Assembly (NCBI GenBank): GCA_963977015.1
Contig: CAXBMO010000012.1
Span: 1-64,000 of the forward strand
Length of the DNA stretch: 64,000 nt
DNA from: an uncultured bacterium
GTDB lineage: Bacteria; Verrucomicrobiota; Verrucomicrobiia; Verrucomicrobiales; DEV007
Direction: 5' to 3'
Shown here: piece by piece, positions 56,478-64,000 of the stretch
Layout: each line of letters starts with the position of its first letter
How positions within the stretch are numbered: position 1 is the stretch's first letter
The notes under the pieces: model-generated
The model's database searches: none
Told to the model about the DNA's origin: nothing
Seen by the model: the letters and a program-made list of their open reading frames with translations, nothing else
Translations under genes and position numbers: made by a program

Positions 56478-59400
56478 TCACCCTTTCTTGAGGCCGGGGC
56501 GGGGAGGCAATTCCTGGAATTCTTCCTCAATGGCTGGACGGTGATCGGGGAAAGCTTGCGCCGATTCCAGAACTTTCTCGCTGAGGTGCGGATTGAGAAA
56601 GTATTTCCGCAAATTGCCCTCGAGATGGTCGAGCCGGTCCCAGGCGCCGTAGAGATCCACAAGAAGATTGGGGTCGCTGCCGATGGATTTGTGAAACATG
56701 CTCATCAGAACCCGCTCCGCATCGCGAAACGCTTTGCGCTCGATCAGGAAAGAGGCGTAACGCGTCAGAAAAAGCTGATCGCTGGTCGTTAGAATCTGGA
56801 GATTCTCGTACCGTTGTTTGAACAGGGCCGCAGCCAGGTCGGCCCTTCCAATCTCGCTGAGAACCCCTGCCAGGTTGGCGAATTCCGCGGTGGATTGATT
56901 CCACGTCAGCGCGCGTTGATACCATTCCAGAATCGCTGCGTTGTCATCGAGTTGGCTCAGCACCTCGAAAATCAGCGCTCCATCGGTGAGCGGATGCTCT
57001 TCAAAGCGATCGTGAAGCTCCTCCAGCAACTGCCAGGCGAGCTTCGGTTTTTGCGCGAGGCTGGCCGCTTTGGCGGCGAACCGCAGTTGGTCGCTCGTCA
57101 TGGACTCGGGAATCGGAGGCGTCGCGGGCGAATCCGGCAAAAAGAGTTCAACCGCCCACGCCGGGGTGCGGCCGTCTCGAGCCTGACGCAGCGCTTTGGT
57201 CGCGGCGTTCCAGGTTTGCGCGGCGACGGGCGTCGTTTCCCTCGCCAACTCAAGCAGGCGGTCGCCGCTTTCGGGCGTGCCCGGCCAGGCGGCCAGAAGC
57301 TGTTGCAGGTCGGAGGATTCGATCTCGAATGCGTCGTTGGTGAGGCGAAGCCGCGTCCGTTGCAGCAGCAGCTCGAATCTCGCGGCCGGGGTGCTGGAGT
57401 GCCGCGCCTTGAGAGTCAGGATGGCGTCGGCTTCCTGCAGTTTCCCGGCTTCGGTCAAACTGGTGGCCACTGCGGAAATCGTGGACACCGGCCACTTCCG
57501 TTTCGGATCACCGATCAGTTTGGCGAGGCGCTCGGTGTCATCGGGATTGGCCTCCGCATACCAGCGGACGAGGCGTTGATCCACGTGATTGCGATTCGCG
57601 CTTTTCGAGGCGACGCGGAGTTTCTCGAGAAGGTCGATCGCGCCTGTCAGGTCGCCATTCTCCACCATCAAATCCGCCAGCATGAGGGTGTCGCTGAACC
57701 CCAGCGGACGTTCATCGGCAGCCGCGAGGGTCAGACGAATCGCGGTGTCGAGATCTCCCTGCTTTTCATGATACTGGGCGAGATAGCGGCGATAGGGCGA
57801 GCTGCCTTCGCCGGTTCCGACACCTTCTTCCACCCGGCGCCGGAGTTCGTCAACGTCGCCACTCAGGTAGAAGAGATTCGCGTAACTTCGATGAATGGAA
57901 TCGTCCGTCATCGAATCGGGTCGAGCGACTCCAAACTCGTAGATTTGATCGAGAAAATCGATCGCTTCGTCATAGGCCTGCGCCTGGCGGCAGGCCCCGA
58001 GGTAGCTGCTGATCATCCGCATCTCGGTCGGATGCTCGCGAACCTGTTGACGATAAATCGGGAGCGCGTCAGGACCAAATCCCCGAACCTCGAGGCTTCG
58101 CGCCAATTCGAGCGGCTCATCTTCGCTCGTTACGTTCGCGAGATACTCTTCGATCATCTGGCGCCGGCGGGGCGGGTTCGCGGTTTCCAACTGCCAGAGG
58201 AGCTGGATCATGCGGAACTGCTGAAATTGCGCCGCGGAGTGCTCTTGCGCCGGTTGGATGAACTCGAAATCGACGATGGAGCCGGCCAACGAGGCAAGCT
58301 GATCGCGGGGAACCCGTTGCCCGGCGAGGTTGAGCAGCGTTTCCAGCTCAACCCACGTTTCGACGCCCTTGTCGCGTTCGCGCTCGCCGGTGAACTGCTT
58401 GCGACGTTGCGTCGTGTTTTGCGCGATTTCCCCCACCAGGCGCATCGCTTCTTCCGGACGATCCGTCGCCAGGGCGAGCCACATTTCCGCCTTGGTCCGC
58501 AAATCATCGATGCTGTCGGGGATGCGCTGGATTTGGCCGAGGACTTCGGAAATCACGCGTTGCTGACCATCGGCGTTGGTCTGCATGCGATACATCTCGC
58601 TGACGGTGGTGTAGAACGCGTAATAGGGAATGCGGGAACCGAGCGTGAGATCGCGAAAAGCTTTCTCCAGCCAACGTTTGCGACCCGCTTCAAAGCCAGC
58701 CTGCTCGCAGATGACGGCGAGATCCACGTTGAACATGTAGTCGGCAATTCCCTGGGTGCGGATGGCGGATTCGCCGAGTTGAAGCGCTTCGCGGAATTTG
58801 CGATCAATCCGCAATTGGTGAACAAAGGTCCGAACCTGCTGGAGCGGAAGTTCGATCAGTGACAGGGCGGCATCCAGTTCGGCATTGGAAAAGGTGAAGC
58901 TGGGTTCGCGGAGCAGGAGATAAATCGCGAGCGTCAGGTTCGCTTTGCGGACGGGTTGGGACGCGACCCAGGTTTCCAGGTTGGCAGCGCCGCCGTTTTG
59001 CAGCGCGATGAGCGGGTAGAGGAGATCCCAGCGGGTTCCGGAAACCTCGGCCTTGGGGCGAATGTGTGATTCAATCAGGGCGGTGGCTTCGTCTTGGTTC
59101 CCATGATGGTGAGCCAACCAGAGTTGTTCGGTGGGGCCGACGACGTCGGTCGTTTCTCCCAGTCGCGCGAGTTCTTCGATCGCGCGAAGGCGCAGTTCCC
59201 GGGTGTCCGTCGGATTGCGCAGAAATTCATGCTTCGGAAGGCGCAGCCACTCGGCCAGCTTCTCCAGTCGATCGTTCGGGAGAAAATCGTATTCGTCGAT
59301 CGCGACGGCCAGGTCCTCCAGATCGAGTTGGCCGCTTTGACCGGCGAGGACCCGCGTTTTTCGGGCAGGGACGAAGGGAACGCTGTCAACCGGAGCGTCT

Positions 59401-62354
59401 GCTTTCGGGGCGAATTGCCGGGTTTCGCTCAGAACCTGGTGAAACGCGACCTTCGCCTGATCCAGGTCACCGGTTTCGAGCCGCAAAAGTCCAAGTTCGA
59501 GGACGGATTCCGCATCCCAGGGACGAACGGCGGCAATTTTTGCGAGGACGCGTTGAGCGGCGACCTGATCCCCGGCGTTGAGATAATGGCGGCTCAGTTG
59601 TTTGAGGAAGTCGGGATCCTGCCCGAATTTGCTCTCCAGGCGTCGCCTCGTGAGGTCGGCTTCTGCGACGCGCAAATCGCGTTCCAGCTTGTCGATCAAG
59701 GCCAACCAATCATCTGGCGACGTTTGGCTCTCGTCCGCGGCGATCAACTGCCGTTGGTAGTAGATCGCGGCCTTCAGGTCACTGGAACGGCTGGCCAGTT
59801 CCCCCAGTTCCTTCAGCAAGTGAGGATCCTCGTCCGCCATGTAGTAGGCGCGTTTCATCGCGACCAAGGCCTCATCGATCCGGTCGTTGGCGAGATGAAC
59901 ACGGGCGATTGCTTCCGGGAAAAATCGATCGAGTGGATTCTCGGCCGCCAGTTGCTCATACCGCGGAAGCATCCATTCATCCGCGAGATAATGCATCGTC
60001 GCGGTGCTCAGCTGATCTTCGAAAAGTTTTCGGCGCTGCGCGAAATCGGTCTCCGTTTCGATCATGGAGCCGAGCAATTCGAGCGCCTCGGGCACGCGCT
60101 CCAGTTCAATCAGGGTGTTGGCGTAAGGCTTCACGATCTGCCGTTTTTCGAGAACATTGGCCTCGCGAAACGTTGCTTCCCAAAGCTCGTTCAGAGCGTT
60201 CAGCCGTTCCTGCTCGCGATAGGCTTTTGCGAGGGCCTGCACGGCTTTGAGCGAGGAGTCCGGGCTCTCCACCAAATTGCGCAGCATGCGAATCGCGCGA
60301 TCCTCCAGTTTTTGCTCGAGCATTCCCTGCGCCTCGCGGATCCGTGCTTCTTCCTCGCGGCTCGGGTCGATCTTGGCGATCAGGTTCAACTGGCGAATGA
60401 TGAGCTGCTGATTGTTGGTGCGCTCCCCGAGATCGAGAAGCAGCTCCTCGTATTCCAGCACCGGGTTCTCGGGATCGTGCAGCAACGGAAGCTGTTTCCA
60501 GGCATCCGCATAATCCGCCGTTTTGACGGACCACCATGCTAAGCGAAAGCGGTTCTCCGGCGATGGATCCTCATCAATCCGTTGGCGGAGCTGATGGAAA
60601 AACCGCCAGACGGACGCCATCGCTTCGCCGTCGGAAATCTTCGCCGGTTTCTCCAATCGGGTTTCGTCGGAATTGGCCCGCAACACCGTGAAAATGCGTT
60701 GATCGATCTCGATCCGTTCCTCGATCGTTTCGCTCATCTCCCAGACGCGCTCGAACTCGGCGACCGCCTCCGGAACCTTGCCGGACTCGACCAACGACTC
60801 CGCGTAGAGCTGATAGTGGCCGCGTTTCGCCAACCCGAGATCGATCGCTTCCAGAGCCGCCTTTTGCGAGGCGGAGGGCATTCGCAAATCGCGAAACGCT
60901 TCGGCCACCTGAAGCAGCCGGTCGCTTTTCTCACGATCGGTTTTCGCGCCGGCGACAAATTCATCGAGCAACTCCCGAACCTTCTGCAATCGCCCGCGTT
61001 CGTGATGAAACGAGGCGAGCTGCAATTCCGGGGTGCGGCCTTCCTCTCCCCAACCATTCTTGTGTTGATCGGTCAGGAGCCGTTCCGCGATGGCATCCAG
61101 ATAATGCGTCTGGCTGAATCTCAGCATGCGTTTCAGGTCTTCTTCGACCGGTCGGTTCGCATCGAGGAATTGGGCGAGAAGTTGTTCCGCTGATTCCACT
61201 CCCTGGGTGGAGAGATGGACGCGCGCCTGGAGGAGGATGATGGTGAGCGGGGTGGGGGAGAGTGACGCAACGAGCTTAGCCAAAATTCCTTCCGCCTCTT
61301 CATAGTGATCGTTCTCCACCAGCCGGGTCGCGAGTTGCTGGCGGTATTCCATGTTCGTGGGGACCCGTTCAACGAGGCGGCGGAGCCAGACTTCTTCCAA
61401 CTGGGGATTCGCAGCAAGTTGGTAAAACCTCACCATGTGCCAGAGGGATTCCTCGCTCGGGTTTTCCTGTTCCGCGGCGACTTTCCAGCGTTCACCGAGT
61501 TCGTCGGCTCGCGAAAACCGCTCGTGGACCCGCACCATCCGCATGAGGAATTCGTCGTGAAGGTAGTGTTTGAAATGAACCGTCTTCAGGGCCTCGTCGT
61601 AGATTTTGACCGCGCTCTCAAAGTCGTCCTCAAACTCATGGAGCCGGCCCACCTCTTTCATCGCGAGGATTCGGGTTTCCACTTCCCTGCTCTCAAGAAG
61701 TGGCGCAAAACTGGCGATCGCGGCCTGGGTTTGGCCCTCTTCCAGAAGGAGCGCGACAATCCGCTTTCGCAGGTCGAGGTCGGTCGGGTAAGTCTTGAGA
61801 ATCTGGAGCCAATTCTCGATCGCCTCGCCCGGACGGTCGAGATTCCGCAGCAGATCCGAACGTGCCATCTCGAAATCGACCCGATCCTCGGAATTCGGGG
61901 CTATCATCGCGATCAACTGCGTGAAATGGGTGAGGGCGACCTCGTGGTTCCCCAATTGCTGGTTCACCTCCGCCAGGGCCCGAACCACGTGGGGATTGCC
62001 GGGAGATTCGGAATTGACCGTGAGGTAGGCTTCCAACGCGGCCTCCGGATTTCCCTTTTTTCGCAACAAATGGCCGTTAATCAACTTGGCGACCGTGGCA
62101 TCGTCCCGTCGCGCCGCCTGATCGAAATACTGGAGCAGCAATCGCGTTTGATCGTGCTTTTCGTAGTGGTCCCAGAGCAAATCGAGCACCTTGCCATACT
62201 CCGGCTGCTGATTGAGGCTGATGATGTAGTGATTGGCGAGCCGGGTATCGCTGGCATCCCAGGTTTCTTCCGCCAATCCCGTTGCCGAAAAGAGAGCCGT
62301 CATCGCACAAACGGCGAATTGCAGACTTCGGGTCGGCAGCAGCTTTGAAATCAC
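56478..62354 (-). CDS. Very large secreted TPR repeat protein
   Basis: 1958-aa ORF, signal peptide-like N-terminus, recurring TPR-type helical patterns throughout. Confidence 0.85.
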   Translation of the reverse strand: MISKLLPTRSLQFAVCAMTALFSATGLAEETWDASDTRLANHYIISLNQQPEYGKVLDLLWDHYEKHDQTRLLLQYFDQAARRDDATVAKLINGHLLRKKGNPEAALEAYLTVNSESPGNPHVVRALAEVNQQLGNHEVALTHFTQLIAMIAPNSEDRVDFEMARSDLLRNLDRPGEAIENWLQILKTYPTDLDLRKRIVALLLEEGQTQAAIASFAPLLESREVETRILAMKEVGRLHEFEDDFESAVKIYDEALKTVHFKHYLHDEFLMRMVRVHERFSRADELGERWKVAAEQENPSEESLWHMVRFYQLAANPQLEEVWLRRLVERVPTNMEYRQQLATRLVENDHYEEAEGILAKLVASLSPTPLTIILLQARVHLSTQGVESAEQLLAQFLDANRPVEEDLKRMLRFSQTHYLDAIAERLLTDQHKNGWGEEGRTPELQLASFHHERGRLQKVRELLDEFVAGAKTDREKSDRLLQVAEAFRDLRMPSASQKAALEAIDLGLAKRGHYQLYAESLVESGKVPEAVAEFERVWEMSETIEERIEIDQRIFTVLRANSDETRLEKPAKISDGEAMASVWRFFHQLRQRIDEDPSPENRFRLAWWSVKTADYADAWKQLPLLHDPENPVLEYEELLLDLGERTNNQQLIIRQLNLIAKIDPSREEEARIREAQGMLEQKLEDRAIRMLRNLVESPDSSLKAVQALAKAYREQERLNALNELWEATFREANVLEKRQIVKPYANTLIELERVPEALELLGSMIETETDFAQRRKLFEDQLSTATMHYLADEWMLPRYEQLAAENPLDRFFPEAIARVHLANDRIDEALVAMKRAYYMADEDPHLLKELGELASRSSDLKAAIYYQRQLIAADESQTSPDDWLALIDKLERDLRVAEADLTRRRLESKFGQDPDFLKQLSRHYLNAGDQVAAQRVLAKIAAVRPWDAESVLELGLLRLETGDLDQAKVAFHQVLSETRQFAPKADAPVDSVPFVPARKTRVLAGQSGQLDLEDLAVAIDEYDFLPNDRLEKLAEWLRLPKHEFLRNPTDTRELRLRAIEELARLGETTDVVGPTEQLWLAHHHGNQDEATALIESHIRPKAEVSGTRWDLLYPLIALQNGGAANLETWVASQPVRKANLTLAIYLLLREPSFTFSNAELDAALSLIELPLQQVRTFVHQLRIDRKFREALQLGESAIRTQGIADYMFNVDLAVICEQAGFEAGRKRWLEKAFRDLTLGSRIPYYAFYTTVSEMYRMQTNADGQQRVISEVLGQIQRIPDSIDDLRTKAEMWLALATDRPEEAMRLVGEIAQNTTQRRKQFTGERERDKGVETWVELETLLNLAGQRVPRDQLASLAGSIVDFEFIQPAQEHSAAQFQQFRMIQLLWQLETANPPRRRQMIEEYLANVTSEDEPLELARSLEVRGFGPDALPIYRQQVREHPTEMRMISSYLGACRQAQAYDEAIDFLDQIYEFGVARPDSMTDDSIHRSYANLFYLSGDVDELRRRVEEGVGTGEGSSPYRRYLAQYHEKQGDLDTAIRLTLAAADERPLGFSDTLMLADLMVENGDLTGAIDLLEKLRVASKSANRNHVDQRLVRWYAEANPDDTERLAKLIGDPKRKWPVSTISAVATSLTEAGKLQEADAILTLKARHSSTPAARFELLLQRTRLRLTNDAFEIESSDLQQLLAAWPGTPESGDRLLELARETTPVAAQTWNAATKALRQARDGRTPAWAVELFLPDSPATPPIPESMTSDQLRFAAKAASLAQKPKLAWQLLEELHDRFEEHPLTDGALIFEVLSQLDDNAAILEWYQRALTWNQSTAEFANLAGVLSEIGRADLAAALFKQRYENLQILTTSDQLFLTRYASFLIERKAFRDAERVLMSMFHKSIGSDPNLLVDLYGAWDRLDHLEGNLRKYFLNPHLSEKVLESAQAFPDHRPAIEEEFQELPPRPGLKKG

Positions 62355-62522
62355 AAGATGGGCATCCTAGCGTGGGCAATTTGATTCGTAAAGCACTGCG
62401 ATTTGAGAATCGAGCTTCGGGTTGGCGACTTGAAAACCCGCTCTCGCGACGGCGATCGTGAATCTCGAAAATTATTAAAGTAATAAATATAGTTAATAAT
62501 TCTTGATTAAATGAGGCGTGGT

Positions 62523-62599
62523 GATAATTGTCACAATCACCGCAACTGCGGGAGTCTTTTCAGAGAACATCGAAAACGAGTCATAGATAATTGTCACAA
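62523..62599. promoter_or_regulatory. Two GATAATTGTCACAA direct repeats 63 bp apart (CRP/Rex-like operator pair)
   Basis: Exact 14-mers at 62523..62536 and 62586..62599; the first reads GGTGA-N6-TCACA. Confidence 0.55.
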
Positions 62600-62692
62600 C
62601 GCTGATCGGCTAATCGTGGAGAGGGAAACGCCTCGGGATTGAGAGATTGGACGACGAAGGAAAAACGAGACGCCTCGTGACAGGTTAGTAGC

Positions 62693-62749
62693 CAGCCGCT
62701 GATCCGGGAAAAATTGGTTTTGTGCCCCGGACAGCGGCTGTTTCCTTTT
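62693..62749 (+). terminator. Plus-strand intrinsic terminator with no annotated gene upstream
   Basis: CAGCCGCTG-A-TCCGGG...CCCGGA-CAGCGGCTG followed by TTTCCTTTT; no U tract in the minus orientation. Confidence 0.6.
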
Positions 62750-62784
62750 CAAAACGCGCCAAGCGAGCCGCCGACGAACCAGAA

Positions 62785-63438
62785 TCAGAGTTTTGCGGCG
62801 TTCGTGACGAATTGGCGGACCAATTCCGGGTCCTTGATTCCGGGGGCCGATTCCACGCCACTCGCGGTGTCGACCGCATGAGGCGATACCGCACGGACCG
62901 CATCCGCCACGTTCTCCGGAGTAAGCCCACCGGCCAGGATCACGAGCTTTCCAGGATTCTCAGCCATCACGCGTTTGGCGACTTCCCAACGAAACGCCTT
63001 CCCGGTCCCGCCAAACTGCTTCGGATCGAACGCGTCCAGAAGCCAATGGGTTTGGGCAAACTCGGTCGGATCGTGAACCAGTTGATCGCCGCTCACGCCG
63101 ATCGCTTTGATCACGGGCAGGCCGAACGCGGAAACTTCGTCGCAAAACTCCGGCGATTCCTTCCCGTGCAGCTGAAGCGCATCCAACACGCAGAGATCGA
63201 CGGCCGCTTCGATTTCATCAATCGAGGCGTCGACAAACAACCCCACGCGGCAAACCTGGCCGGCCAATTCCCCGAGCCATGTCGCCGCCTCTTCCGGAGC
63301 GATGAACCGCTTTGAACGCGGCCAGAAATTCAGCCCAATCGCGTCTGCTCCGGCGTCGATGACCTCGCGCGAGTTCTCCAGGCTTCGCAACCCGCAGATT
63401 TTCACGCGGGGCGACTCGGATGGTTCAAAAAACTTCAT
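62785..63438 (-). CDS. trpF: Phosphoribosylanthranilate isomerase
   Basis: VKICGL, GADAIGLNF, QLHGKE, LLDA..GGTG, LAGGLTPENV, VDTASGVE. Confidence 0.96.
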   Translation of the reverse strand: MKFFEPSESPRVKICGLRSLENSREVIDAGADAIGLNFWPRSKRFIAPEEAATWLGELAGQVCRVGLFVDASIDEIEAAVDLCVLDALQLHGKESPEFCDEVSAFGLPVIKAIGVSGDQLVHDPTEFAQTHWLLDAFDPKQFGGTGKAFRWEVAKRVMAENPGKLVILAGGLTPENVADAVRAVSPHAVDTASGVESAPGIKDPELVRQFVTNAAKL

Positions 63439-63475
63439 GGACCGCAACGTCACCGTTCCAGGCAAAACCGTCAAC

Positions 63476-64000
63476 TCAGGCAGGTTCCGGCTTTTCGATC
63501 GCAACGCGCTTGTCAGTTCGCATCGATGCCTTCAACCACGCCCACGTCAGAATTCCGGTCAGCGACACCATCGCGATGGCAACGAGCCCGCTCTTCAGAT
63601 CGTTTCCGATCCAGGGCAGGGTATCGGCGACGTCCTTCTGCGTCATGGTTCGAAACGATTCGTAGGCGAAAATCCAGCCCGCGTGGAGACCGATCGCGAG
63701 CCAGAGCGAACGGGTCTTGAGCCGCGTGTAACCGAGAATCCAGCCAATGATGAAGAGCGTGGTGAATTCCGCGATGATGAAGCGGGGATCGCCGAATTGC
63801 TTGAAAATCTGGCCGAGCAACCAGAACCCGGTCGTCGATTCAACCCCATGGACACCCAGAATGAAGCGATCGGCCTGACGGAGGCGAATCCGGTGCGACT
63901 TCTCGCCTTCGTGATACTCCACCTTCCGCTTGTCGAAGGGTTGAATCAACACCAGCTTCGAGCCTTCCGGAATCGCGATCGCTTTCCCGTTGGAAACCCG
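63476..64000 (-). CDS. CPBP (CAAX protease-like) intramembrane metalloprotease, 5' part outside window
   Basis: Frame open to the window edge; C-terminal RTRSLWLAIGLHAGW-type motif (TRSLWLAIGLHAGW) and TM helices. Confidence 0.8.
   Translation of the reverse strand, partial: RVSNGKAIAIPEGSKLVLIQPFDKRKVEYHEGEKSHRIRLRQADRFILGVHGVESTTGFWLLGQIFKQFGDPRFIIAEFTTLFIIGWILGYTRLKTRSLWLAIGLHAGWIFAYESFRTMTQKDVADTLPWIGNDLKSGLVAIAMVSLTGILTWAWLKASMRTDKRVAIEKPEPA

Noticed and set aside
63476-64000. CPBP gene as an abortive-infection defence system
   Set aside because: The family's Abi label is not evidence of defence; the gene is truncated and sits directly upstream of trpF.

Overview
GC-rich bacterial chromosomal segment. 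Its gene families (DUF1501, DUF1549/DUF1553, planctomycete-type cytochrome c, PVC-type CxxCH dehydrogenases) point to the PVC superphylum, most likely Verrucomicrobiota; this is inferred from gene content only. About 40 protein genes are present. Housekeeping genes: mgtE, nagB, rlmN, truA, trpF, Nif3-like, M20 peptidase, cold-shock protein, SCO/DUF420. Other blocks: a secreted redox/carbohydrate block, a four-gene PVC module plus a fused paralogue, an ECF sigma/anti-sigma/PDZ cluster, a sialic-acid-type catabolic locus, an HNH gene pair and a 1958-aa TPR protein. I found no rRNA, tRNA, CRISPR array, integrase or transposase. The first 670 bp hold two copies of an IS5-like MITE and a REP-like nested palindrome. 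Most notable signals: (1) an AraC gene tightly bracketed by a 20-bp inverted repeat with a near-palindromic core, either twin operators or an invertible cassette; (2) an unannotated + strand transcription unit candidate at about 62.5-62.75 kb, sRNA or 43-aa DNCHN-repeat peptide; (3) a lipase-multiTM-WD40 receptor-like protein; (4) a degenerate nSTAND-like membrane protein; (5) a NanM-symporter fusion; (6) a two-nuclease DUF2779 protein with a MinD-like amphipathic tail. All domain calls come from motif recognition by eye, not from database searches.
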